A DNA stretch of 64,000 nucleotides from a virus: IMG/VR virus record IMGVR_UViG_3300032315_001604, positions 131,164 through 195,163 of that record, one strand, 5' to 3'. Position 1 is the first letter of the stretch. Every line of letters starts with the position of its first letter. The position numbers were made by a program, and so were the translations under genes. The notes under the pieces were generated by a model. It saw nothing but the letters and a program-made list of their open reading frames with translations, made no database searches and was not told where the DNA came from. Shown here piece by piece: positions 9,028 through 18,185 of this stretch.

Positions 9028-10656
9028 ATGAGAAGAAGAATAACAATTGACAGTTCCAGAAGCAATGACTTAAATAAAAAGATTGCCATTGTTAAAAATC
9101 TTGGATCTAATGAAATTAAAAGAGCACCTGCAAATGCTTTTTTAAATGTAAATGATGCTGTCAGTAACACATTAGGTCGAAGACAACCTGTATTTTTTGA
9201 AGTTGATGTTGATTTAAATCAAAAAGTAGAAAACGTTCTACCCAAAAAACCTTTCAGAGATATTATTCAACCATTAGAATTAGAAGAAAACAGAAATGAT
9301 ATTATAGTTACTGCAAGTCGTTTGGAACCGATCCCAACACCAACACCTACACCAACTCCTACCCCTACACCAACCCCACCACCTGCTATTTGTGTTTTTG
9401 GTGCAGGTACAAGTATTGTTAATGGAACTTATACATATTCATCAAACTTAACATATAGCAATATATATGGAATTGTTTTAAAAAGAAACGCAACAACATT
9501 AAAATGGGAAATAAATCAAAATTCAACCAATTTATACGATAACAATTATTCAGGATATGAACTTCCAACGTTTGGATGGAATGTAACAAACGGTTTGCCT
9601 AATGAGCCATCTATTTCACTTTTCCCTTGCCCGACACCTACACCATACGTAGATTTGAATATCAGTTGGAATATGTGCGGATATACTGTTACAGCATATA
9701 ATCCTTTATATAATGAAAACGACAGACCTAGAATAAACACATTTAGAACCGATGGTTCTTATGTTGTTTATATGTCAGCAGGTTATGTTTTATATAACCC
9801 ATACACATCATTAACAAGTATAGCACCATGGGGTAACAGAACTGTTGGAACAGAAAGTATAAGCATACCATTAACAGAAGGACTTTCCGCAGGAATTGAC
9901 TTATTTACAGCAATTAGCAGTATGCCAATTCCTATTTTTTCTCCAGATATATCAAATTGGTCTGTAGTTGATACAGGAAATTATAGAGAAAGAAAATATC
10001 AATTTATTGTTGGAAGTGAAGGAACATATAATATTTCTATAAATTATTGTGTACCTGTACCTACCCCAACACCAACACCAACACCTACCCCAACACCTAC
10101 CCCAACACCAACACCTACTCCTACCCCAACACCAACACCTACCCCAACACCTACCCCAACACCAACACCTACCCCAACACCTACACCTACACCAACACCA
10201 ACACCAAGTTATACCCCAACTCCTACACCAACTCCTTCTATTACACCTACCCCAACACCTACACCTACACGCACACCTGAACCATCACCTACTCCAACAC
10301 CACCCCCTACCCCAACACCGCCGCCGCCAACACCTAGTATTACTCCAACACCATCACCAAGTCCTTCACTTTCGCCATCACCAAGTCCTTCACCAAGTCC
10401 TTCACCAAGTCCTTCACTTTCGCCATCACCAAGTCCTTCACCAAGTCCTTCACCAAGTCCTTCACCAAGTCCTTCACCAAGTCCTTCACCAAGTCCTTCA
10501 CCAAGTCCTTCACCAAGTCCTTCACCAACACCGCCACCTCCTTCATCAACACCGCCACCTCCTTCATCAACACTGCCACCTCCTTCATCAACACCGCCAC
10601 CGCCAACTGAACCGCCACCTACGAAAAACGTAACAACAGCGTCAATGCCTTGGTAA
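9028..10656 (+). CDS. Pro/Thr/Ser-rich probable virion protein with long (PT)n and (PS)n tracts
   Basis: Two small beta-rich domains flanked by PT runs, and a C-terminal PT/PS/PPPSST tract; lies in the baseplate cluster. Confidence 0.7.
   Translation: MRRRITIDSSRSNDLNKKIAIVKNLGSNEIKRAPANAFLNVNDAVSNTLGRRQPVFFEVDVDLNQKVENVLPKKPFRDIIQPLELEENRNDIIVTASRLEPIPTPTPTPTPTPTPTPPPAICVFGAGTSIVNGTYTYSSNLTYSNIYGIVLKRNATTLKWEINQNSTNLYDNNYSGYELPTFGWNVTNGLPNEPSISLFPCPTPTPYVDLNISWNMCGYTVTAYNPLYNENDRPRINTFRTDGSYVVYMSAGYVLYNPYTSLTSIAPWGNRTVGTESISIPLTEGLSAGIDLFTAISSMPIPIFSPDISNWSVVDTGNYRERKYQFIVGSEGTYNISINYCVPVPTPTPTPTPTPTPTPTPTPTPTPTPTPTPTPTPTPTPTPTPTPTPTPTPSYTPTPTPTPSITPTPTPTPTRTPEPSPTPTPPPTPTPPPPTPSITPTPSPSPSLSPSPSPSPSPSPSPSLSPSPSPSPSPSPSPSPSPSPSPSPSPSPSPSPSPSPTPPPPSSTPPPPSSTLPPPSSTPPPPTEPPPTKNVTTASMPW
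10060..10620 (+). repeat. Coding low-complexity repeat (CCNACN)n then (CCAAGTCCTTCA)n
   Basis: Directly visible; the PS tract uses a near-perfect 12-bp unit. Confidence 0.9.
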
Positions 10657-10671
10657 TAATAAATAATATAA

Positions 10672-12489
10672 ATGCCATACTACTATCAACAAAAAATAGC
10701 AGAAAGATATTTCACATATCATAATCTATGTCATGATGGTGAAAAAATAGAAAACAATAAGTTATATACTTTATTAGCACCTCAAAAATTTGGAACACTA
10801 GCTAAAAGTATTCCACCGTATATAACAACTAGTTTTTTATTATCTGGTGGATTGCCAACATATTATAACAACCTTGGAGCACCTGATCCTACTATCAAAT
10901 GGAGTATAGTAGAAATACCAAATCAAATACCCGATTTAAATTTGATTACACCATCAGTAACATCATCAATTCCTATAAAAATATCAACAAGAAATCAATT
11001 TAGCTATCCGTTTTCGATGGTCATAAGAAATATGTATTTCAAATTTAGATATTATATGACGCATCCCGCATCAGCAGCAAAGTTAAATCAGCCGAATCCT
11101 ACTGGACGTTGGATATATAGCAGAAAACCAGCATTTATAGAATATTTTACAAGATTTAATTATTTTAATTACGACTTTAAAAGAAAATATACCAATAATA
11201 CTGTTTTATCTGCATATGGTGTAGATTTAGATTCATATTATTATAACATTGTAGCATCAGACAGTAATAAAAATGTAACATATAAAGAAGTTAATGTTAC
11301 ATCAACAGATTTTATTGATAATAATACAATAAAAGAATCTTTAAGTGGTTCATTTTTAAGTAATAATATAAATTCAAATATTAGAATATATCCTTTTAAT
11401 TATGATTTATCAACACATCCTATTGATTTAAATACAGCCTTTGGCCATAAAGTTCGTTTATCAGAAAAAAATTTATTAGTTAGTGATCCTTTATCAGGCA
11501 ATGGTAGAATATATGTTTATGCTTTAAACAAATATATAACAGGAAATAAAATATTGCCTGATAAAATTTTGACATCAAATTTTGTTTTATCAGGATTTGG
11601 TAATGTTATAGAATATAAAGAAGTTAGAGATAAATCTAACAAAACATATAAAGAAGTTCTTGCCGTTTCAACACAAACAGCAAACAATTCAAGCGTTGAA
11701 ATTTTTAGTAATAATTTTGTTACTAAGATAAGTGGAGTAAAAATGTTTAATCTTTTGAATATTTCTATAAGCGGTCAAAGATTTAGAAACGTTTGGTTTT
11801 CCAAAGGAATTAATCAAGAAAACTTAAGTGGTACTGGTTATTATGGTTATGATTTAGGATTACAAGTACCAGATACTACTTTTAATAAAACAACAAACGT
11901 TTTATATGTCAGTGAACCATATAACAATCAAGGAATTGTATATGTTTATGGTTATCATAATTTTACAAATACTTGGAATTATATCACATCATTATCTTCC
12001 GCAAGTGCATTAAATTATGGAAAAAGTATTTCAGTAAGTGGACCATATGCAATTGTATCTGCTCCAAATAGTATTATAAGCGGTGTTACAGGAGCATTAA
12101 TAGATGTTTATAAATTTAGCACCTCAGATTTAAACGGTGTTCCATTATCCGCAGGTACAGCATTATTTTTAGACGGTGAACAATACGGTTTTTACACTTT
12201 AGAAAAAACCGATGAAATTTTTATTCCGTCAAATAAAAATTTAGGAAAACATATTGATTATAATGAAAATCAGTTAACAACTAATTTTTTAAATAGAAAA
12301 AATATAAATTTTTACGGAAACCATTTAGCTATTACTGGAGATAATAAAACAGAAATATACACAAGATATTTTGATAAATTTGAAAAAAATTGTCAAATAT
12401 CTTCTGCAACAAAAAGTAAAATTTGGGAAAATATAACATATCAAATAAGTAATAGTGCAGTATTTTTAAATGCTGCAAGAGTTCTTTGA
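10672..12489 (+). CDS. Probable virion structural protein with FG-GAP-like propeller repeats
   Basis: FGHKVRLS..LLVSDP..GRIYVY, YGKSISVSGPYAIVSAP; TAAATA at 10660-10665. Confidence 0.65.
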   Translation: MPYYYQQKIAERYFTYHNLCHDGEKIENNKLYTLLAPQKFGTLAKSIPPYITTSFLLSGGLPTYYNNLGAPDPTIKWSIVEIPNQIPDLNLITPSVTSSIPIKISTRNQFSYPFSMVIRNMYFKFRYYMTHPASAAKLNQPNPTGRWIYSRKPAFIEYFTRFNYFNYDFKRKYTNNTVLSAYGVDLDSYYYNIVASDSNKNVTYKEVNVTSTDFIDNNTIKESLSGSFLSNNINSNIRIYPFNYDLSTHPIDLNTAFGHKVRLSEKNLLVSDPLSGNGRIYVYALNKYITGNKILPDKILTSNFVLSGFGNVIEYKEVRDKSNKTYKEVLAVSTQTANNSSVEIFSNNFVTKISGVKMFNLLNISISGQRFRNVWFSKGINQENLSGTGYYGYDLGLQVPDTTFNKTTNVLYVSEPYNNQGIVYVYGYHNFTNTWNYITSLSSASALNYGKSISVSGPYAIVSAPNSIISGVTGALIDVYKFSTSDLNGVPLSAGTALFLDGEQYGFYTLEKTDEIFIPSNKNLGKHIDYNENQLTTNFLNRKNINFYGNHLAITGDNKTEIYTRYFDKFEKNCQISSATKSKIWENITYQISNSAVFLNAARVL

Positions 12490-12851
12490 TAGATAACATT
12501 TAAGATTGGGAGAATTCGGTGAAACTCTTCTAAAGAAGACAATACCGAGCCGAGCCGTTTTTAGGATAAAGGGAAACGGAAGGTGTAGAGACTAGAGGAT
12601 GAGCCTAACAATAAGCCTCACAAGAACCCAACAATTTTATATTTGCGAAAATATAAAAATTGAAGATATAGTCCAAACTTTATGGTGACATAAAGATTAA
12701 TAAAATGACGCTTCTAAACGGCAACGTCCACGGACATCAGCGCAAACTGGAGGTACGCCCCTTTGGCGGCGTTACCAAAAGGGCTTAGAAACAGTGGCTG
12801 GCTCCACCAAGGTACAAAAACGTGCCACATTAAATGTTATCTATTAAAGAA
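12482..12851 (+). ncRNA. Group I self-splicing ribozyme, predicted circularly permuted (break in loop L2)
   Basis: P4 UUCGGU 12515-20/ACCGAG 12544-49; P5 UCUUC-UAAA-GAAGA; P6/P6a; P7 GAGACUA 12588-94/UAGUCC 12669-74; J8/7 GAAGAUA; P3 UUGGG 12506-10/CCCAA 12627-31; P8 with GCGA loop; P9 CUUUAUG-GUGA-CAUAAAG; omega-G 12707; downstream P1 12811-26; 22-bp closing helix 12482-12503/12830-12851. Confidence is high for the group I core and somewhat lower for the permutation. Confidence 0.88.
12708..12813 (+). ncRNA. Predicted 106-nt circularised exon, a structured GC-rich RNA
   Basis: Lies between omega-G and the P1 U.G pair; stems UUCUAA/UUAGAA, GCCCcUUUGG/CCAAAaGGGC, GUGG/CCAC, UCAG/CUGG. Confidence 0.6.
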
Positions 12852-13425
12852 ACTTAACTTTTTTCTGTTTATACAATTTTTGTATAATATTTTTTTCCCA
12901 ATCTCCATCATGTTCTTTGGGTTTAGTATAAGATTTTTTAACCCAATAATGATGTTGATTTGACAAATCTTTTGAGAAATTATCAAGTCCTGCAATATAC
13001 ACGCTATCGTATAAATTTTCTAAAAGCCAAGAAATAACTAAAACTCCACTAGAAGGAATTAAATTATCCGCTTTTTCTTTTAATAAAGTTTCTTCTTTTA
13101 ATTTTTTTCTTAAACTATGATAAAACGATAAAGGAATTCTCCATATTTGTTTTGGCGTATAGGGAGGATTTCCAGAATCTCCATGAACATAAAGAATTTT
13201 GTTGGGTCGAATATCATCATCTGTCGGTATTTGTTTATCTCCCAAAGTACACCATACTGTTGTTTTACTGCCTACATATTTCTCATAACCTTTTATAGCA
13301 AATTTATTAAATCTAAAAATTGTATCAAAACTATCAATTATTTTACCTTTTTTTTGAAACAGTAAAGAAGGTCCATTTCCTATAATAATAGCAGAATTTT
13401 CTTTTTTTAATTCTAATGGATTCAT
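12844..13425 (-). CDS. GT29 (sialyltransferase-like) glycosyltransferase family protein; start at 13425 or 13452
   Basis: AIIIGNGPSLL..GKIIDSFDTIFRFN, PSSGVLVI, VYIAGLD, HHYW, HD..WE. Confidence 0.75.
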   Translation of the reverse strand: MNPLELKKENSAIIIGNGPSLLFQKKGKIIDSFDTIFRFNKFAIKGYEKYVGSKTTVWCTLGDKQIPTDDDIRPNKILYVHGDSGNPPYTPKQIWRIPLSFYHSLRKKLKEETLLKEKADNLIPSSGVLVISWLLENLYDSVYIAGLDNFSKDLSNQHHYWVKKSYTKPKEHDGDWEKNIIQKLYKQKKVKFL

Positions 13426-13430
13426 ATAGA

Positions 13431-13454
13431 TTTTGCGTAAATAATTACGCAAAA
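13431..13454. promoter_or_regulatory. Perfect 10-bp inverted repeat between divergent genes
   Basis: TTTTGCGTAA-ATAA-TTACGCAAAA. Confidence 0.5.
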
Positions 13455-13483
13455 GTAAAAAAACTCTATAAGTATTGAAATAA

Positions 13484-16348
13484 ATGGCTACTAAAAACTT
13501 TACACAGTTTGATCTTAGAACACCTTTGTTAACTTCAGACTATATTGTCGGATATACCACAAATGGTCTTGCAGAATTAAAAACAACAGTTCAAGATATT
13601 ATAAATTTAGTCCCTGTAAGCGACTCGACAATCATTCAAAACGCTTCTGCCAATTGGAATTCTGTTTATAGCTACACAAATGCCAATAGTTCTTTAGATC
13701 AATCTGCTAGAAGTTTTGTAAACTCCAATAGTGCTAATATTTTAAATTCATACAAAGGATCTAATTGGGTTTTTGCTAATAGTGCTACAGAACTTTCAGT
13801 TACAAGTGTAGTCAATAGTACATCTGCCAATTGGAATTCTGTTTATAGCTACACAAATGCCAATAGTTCTTTAGATCAATCTGCTAGAAGTTTTGTAAAC
13901 TCCAATAGTGCTAATATTTTAAATTCATACAAAGGCTCAAATTGGGTTTTTGCTAATAGTGCTACAGAACTTTCAGTAACTTCCGTTGTTAATAGTACTT
14001 CTGCTAACTGGAATAGTGTTTACAGTAACGTAAATGCAAATAGTGCAACATATGCCACTATCCTTTTTAGCAATAACAAATTTTTACCACTTTCTGGTGG
14101 TCAAATTACAGGAAGTTTAAATATAACAAATAATTTATTAGTTGGAGGAAATACAACAATAACTGGCAACTTAACAGGCAATAATATTTTTGCAAAAACT
14201 TTTACAACAGATAAGCCACAAACAATTTATCAAGGTGAAAGAAGAGATTTAACTATTAATAATGCAACAACAGTCAGTCAAGAACGTTTAGGTAGATTGA
14301 CGATGCTAACAATATTTAACGCAGGAGCAACATCGGTTTTAAATTTATCAGAAAGTGAAAACAATAGATTTTTAGAAGGCGATGTTGTCGGAATATGGGC
14401 AAGACAAGCTTTAAGTTTTACAGTAACTTATACTCCATATGGAGGTAGTGCTGTTACGGTATCAACATTTACAGGAAGTGGTGGATATAATACAGGAAGT
14501 GTTGCATTGTATTATAAAAATGGAACATTTATAACCCAAACTTTTGATGAACAAAATATAAAAGGCATTGCTTCTGAACTTAGAATTGAATCAATCCAAC
14601 CAAATGATCCAGGTGAACCATTTTCCACAATAGGTCGTGGATCTTTTGTTCATGCATTAACATTAAACGCAGGACATCCCAAATTTACAAATGGCTCTGA
14701 CCACTTTCATTTATTACATAACGGTACTGGTGGAAATTGGCAAACTTTAAATGGTGGATACAATTGGACACCACAAAGAATAACTCAACATACTTTAGCT
14801 TTTCGAGGAGCAGAAACAACAGCAAATATTGTTGCTGCTTATGGTGCTTCTTTAACAGCAAACCAAGTAACTCCACCGTATGGAGTTTATCCTAATCAGG
14901 CAAGCAATTATTTAACATTGTGGACAAGTAGCTATAGTTCATCATTAACAGTCGGAAAAATTGTATATTTTTCTGTAAGTCCTGCTGGTAGTGAAAATGC
15001 ATCATTAAGAAAAATAGGATTTACCGCATCATCTTTTCCTGCAAAGATTATATCAGTTAATGATATAGGATCAGCAGAATCTAATGCAGATATTCCTGCT
15101 GGAAATACGTTGCCAGGAACGGCAGTAAAACATTTTCGAGTTCAGCCTTTAAATTTAGCTGTTGATAACTGGTTAGGTGCTGCATTACTTTCAAATGGAT
15201 CTTTAAGATATAGTACAGTTCCTTCTTTTACTAATAGTATTACAAATACAGGAGAAGTTATTCGCTTACCAGGTGATACATTATTAGTTCCAGACACCCA
15301 AAGCACATCATTAAGTGCTAAAGGCGGTTATAACTATGTCTCAATGAGAAATGGTTGTGAACTTGTTTTTGATTTATCATTAACACCTTTACTATCCACA
15401 AGACAGCCATTTTTATATGAAGGATTGCCTGTTATTGTTTTATTATCAGAAATAACATCTTTAACTGCTACAAACTATAATGGGTTGACACCAAATTCTG
15501 CTAAATGTCAATACGGCTTACCTGTAGATTCAACATCTGGAAGTGCATATTTGGGAGAATTTACAAACTCTGTTGGTGGTTATTTACAACAAACATATGA
15601 TGGTTACATTTATAGATCAACACCAACTCAAGTTATTATTAGATTAGGACAAATTAGAGGTACTGAAGAGTCTAGAATGCAAAAACATGCAAGTCCAAAT
15701 ATAGACTATTTCGTAGGAAGATCTGGTATAGGAATTACTACTTCTACATTTGCAAAATCGTTACCTCCAGGCGGACTTTCTGCTGTAGAATTTAACGGTT
15801 ATCGTCTTACAGGAGTTTCTTCTGACAATAGATATGGTAGTTGGGCTAATTGTAGCACTGGAGCGGTTTACACATTACCCCCAATAATGAAAAGCGGAAT
15901 AGAATTTTCATCGTTCCCTGCAATTTCTTCATCTGACCTTCAACTATTTGTTTATGCAGGAAATAAAGACCCTGTTCATAGACCTGTTGCAGGAATGCAA
16001 TTATTTTCATATGAAAGATATCCAAACATTCAACCAGAATTAAAAGAAACTGGTGCTGTGGTTTCTAAATTTGCATTAGGACCAAGCTGTGAAGGATTTG
16101 ATAGAGATACTGCTGTTGTAGGGTTTGGTTCTACAGCATATCACTATAGAAGTATGGCAATTGGTCATAGAGTAGAAACTCTTTCTGCACAAGAAATTGC
16201 AATCGGTATCGATGACAGCGTTTTTAGAGTAGGATTAAGTAGTTTGTCAATATCACCAGCAATGTTAAGCTCTAATGGAGTAGATACATTCCTTAAAATT
16301 AAAAATGATAAGGGTCCATTATATGGATTGAAACTACAATTACTTTAA
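13484..16348 (+). CDS. Tail fibre-like virion protein
   Basis: SANWNSVYS repeats shared with the first ORF, FLPLSGGQITGSLNI fibre motif, and a 59-aa tandem duplication. Confidence 0.75.
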   Translation: MATKNFTQFDLRTPLLTSDYIVGYTTNGLAELKTTVQDIINLVPVSDSTIIQNASANWNSVYSYTNANSSLDQSARSFVNSNSANILNSYKGSNWVFANSATELSVTSVVNSTSANWNSVYSYTNANSSLDQSARSFVNSNSANILNSYKGSNWVFANSATELSVTSVVNSTSANWNSVYSNVNANSATYATILFSNNKFLPLSGGQITGSLNITNNLLVGGNTTITGNLTGNNIFAKTFTTDKPQTIYQGERRDLTINNATTVSQERLGRLTMLTIFNAGATSVLNLSESENNRFLEGDVVGIWARQALSFTVTYTPYGGSAVTVSTFTGSGGYNTGSVALYYKNGTFITQTFDEQNIKGIASELRIESIQPNDPGEPFSTIGRGSFVHALTLNAGHPKFTNGSDHFHLLHNGTGGNWQTLNGGYNWTPQRITQHTLAFRGAETTANIVAAYGASLTANQVTPPYGVYPNQASNYLTLWTSSYSSSLTVGKIVYFSVSPAGSENASLRKIGFTASSFPAKIISVNDIGSAESNADIPAGNTLPGTAVKHFRVQPLNLAVDNWLGAALLSNGSLRYSTVPSFTNSITNTGEVIRLPGDTLLVPDTQSTSLSAKGGYNYVSMRNGCELVFDLSLTPLLSTRQPFLYEGLPVIVLLSEITSLTATNYNGLTPNSAKCQYGLPVDSTSGSAYLGEFTNSVGGYLQQTYDGYIYRSTPTQVIIRLGQIRGTEESRMQKHASPNIDYFVGRSGIGITTSTFAKSLPPGGLSAVEFNGYRLTGVSSDNRYGSWANCSTGAVYTLPPIMKSGIEFSSFPAISSSDLQLFVYAGNKDPVHRPVAGMQLFSYERYPNIQPELKETGAVVSKFALGPSCEGFDRDTAVVGFGSTAYHYRSMAIGHRVETLSAQEIAIGIDDSVFRVGLSSLSISPAMLSSNGVDTFLKIKNDKGPLYGLKLQLL
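13646..14010 (+). repeat. 177-bp (59-aa) tandem duplication inside the fibre gene
   Basis: TCTGCCAATTGGAATTCTG at 13646 and 13823; the differences I checked are synonymous. Confidence 0.9.
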
Positions 16349-16377
16349 TTCTTAAACTTTTAAACTAAATATTAATA

Positions 16378-18180
16378 ATGGACGAAAACTTCATTTTTAA
16401 TAAAAATTCTTATGTTGCTTTTGATGGCACTAGTTTAAAAAACATCATAATTGATCGTTTAAATCGCGGTCAAGTCTTTACAGACCAAAATTATCAAGGT
16501 TCTAATCTTGCTGCAATCATAGATGTTATTTCATATTCATTCAGCAATTTATTATTTTATTTAAATAAAACATCATCAGAAAGCTTATTCTCAGAATCTC
16601 AGATATATGAGAATATGAACAGAATTGTTAAACTTTTAAATTATAGACCTGTCGGACCACAAGCACAAACAATTCCTATTAGAGTATCTGTAGCCAATTT
16701 AAATAAAGGAAATTATATTATACCAAGATATAGCTATATCAATGCAGGATCGACTACATACTCATTCAATGAAGATGTATCTTTTTCAAAATTGACAGAT
16801 AGTACAACAGAACAAATTATTGATATTAATGACAAGTATTCCTTATCACAAGGAGTATATAACGAATATCCAATTTATACATCAGGTGGAATAGATAATG
16901 AAAAAATTTATCTTGCAGTTGATGATACGGTTGTTGTTGACTATTTTAATATTCATGTCTATGTTAAACCATATAACACCACAACTTGGCAAAAATGGAC
17001 AAGAGTGCAAGATTTATTTTTATACGTAGCCAATGATACCGTTTATGATGTAAGATATAACGAAAATAAAAGATATGAAATATCTTTTGGAGATGACATC
17101 AACGGCAAAAAATTACAACAAGGTGATCAAGTAGCAATATATTATTTAAGAACCACTCCAAATGTTCAAAGTTTAGGTATTGGAGCATTAAATAACACCA
17201 ATATTGTATATTATAATTCTTTACAATTTTCTGAGGTTTTAGATGACACAGGATTAGATTTTGGAAATTACTTAAATGCAAACGGTCTTTCAAATGTTTT
17301 TCTCAATAATGAATATCCATCAACAGAATATGCATCAGAAGAAACAGTCGATGATATTCGTAAAAATGCACCAAAAAGTTTTAGAACACAATACAGATTA
17401 GTTACAATAACTGATTATGAAACATATATTAGAACAAATTATAGCAATTTGCTAACAGATGTTAAAGTTTTAAACAATGAAGAATATTTAAAACAACACC
17501 TAAAATATTTATATAACTTGGGATTAAATAATCCACAAGAAAACACAACAGTTTTATATAATCAAGTTAAATTTGCAAATACATGCAATTTTAACAATTT
17601 ATACATTTATTTGGTTCCAAAAAACTCAAATCAAGAATTTCTCACACCATCACAAAAAGAATTTATTTTAGAAGGTGTAAACGAAACTAAAACAGTAACC
17701 ACACAAATAGTTCCTACAGATCCTGTTTATGTATATCTTGATTTTTATTTGAAAAGTCCTACATCATCTTTAACAATTGATGATATCGATCAAACCAAAT
17801 TAAGAATTATTAAAAATGAAAATACAAGAAGATCTTCTTCTGCAATTGCATTAGACGTTAAAAACATTTTTGAAGAAAGTTTTGCTAGATTAACTTCACG
17901 TTTAGGTCAGGTAATCGATATATACGAAGTAGCAAATCGCATTTTAAATATTGATGGCGTTGATAACGTTCAAACACATCGAGCCGATGTAAACATTACA
18001 ATAGAAGGTATATCTTTATTGATTTGGAATCCTGTTTATCCTGACAAAGATATTAATGTTTATACACAAAATTTAGTTATTGATAATTTTAAATATCCTA
18101 TTTTTAATAATTTAAATTTTATTTTAGATAGAATAGAAATAGTAGAAAAAACAGGAGTTATCAAAATAGCTGATTTCTAA
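16378..18180 (+). CDS. gp6: Baseplate wedge protein, gp6-like
   Basis: FTDQNYQGSNLAAIIDVISY, ESLFSESQ, YEISFGDDINGKKL, ETVDDIRKNAP..QYRLVTITDYE. Confidence 0.9.
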   Translation: MDENFIFNKNSYVAFDGTSLKNIIIDRLNRGQVFTDQNYQGSNLAAIIDVISYSFSNLLFYLNKTSSESLFSESQIYENMNRIVKLLNYRPVGPQAQTIPIRVSVANLNKGNYIIPRYSYINAGSTTYSFNEDVSFSKLTDSTTEQIIDINDKYSLSQGVYNEYPIYTSGGIDNEKIYLAVDDTVVVDYFNIHVYVKPYNTTTWQKWTRVQDLFLYVANDTVYDVRYNENKRYEISFGDDINGKKLQQGDQVAIYYLRTTPNVQSLGIGALNNTNIVYYNSLQFSEVLDDTGLDFGNYLNANGLSNVFLNNEYPSTEYASEETVDDIRKNAPKSFRTQYRLVTITDYETYIRTNYSNLLTDVKVLNNEEYLKQHLKYLYNLGLNNPQENTTVLYNQVKFANTCNFNNLYIYLVPKNSNQEFLTPSQKEFILEGVNETKTVTTQIVPTDPVYVYLDFYLKSPTSSLTIDDIDQTKLRIIKNENTRRSSSAIALDVKNIFEESFARLTSRLGQVIDIYEVANRILNIDGVDNVQTHRADVNITIEGISLLIWNPVYPDKDINVYTQNLVIDNFKYPIFNNLNFILDRIEIVEKTGVIKIADF

Positions 18181-18185
18181 TATAA

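Noticed and set aside
10047-10633. Alternative-frame ORFs rich in TNTY, QHLH or VKDL
   Set aside because: These are shadows of the Pro-rich repeat in other frames.
12711-12719. CTTCTAAAC shared between the predicted circle and the early palindromic element
   Set aside because: Only 9 nt and explained by the exon's own stem; too short to infer a regulatory link.
12798-12810. CTCCACCA as a tmRNA or tRNA 3' end
   Set aside because: There is no preceding T-arm (TTCRA) and no matching acceptor 5' strand.
12482-12851. The 22-bp inverted repeat as transposon/MITE terminal repeats
   Set aside because: I see no target-site duplication or transposase, it includes a G.U pair typical of an RNA helix, and it sits exactly at the P2 position. 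Not fully excluded without homologue comparison.
12763-12963. 66-aa plus-strand ORF
   Set aside because: It overlaps the structured RNA and runs antisense into the GT29 gene, with no start signals.
13646-14010. Near-identical duplication as a DGR template/variable repeat pair
   Set aside because: It is a tandem in-frame duplication with synonymous changes not restricted to adenines, and no reverse transcriptase is present in the window.
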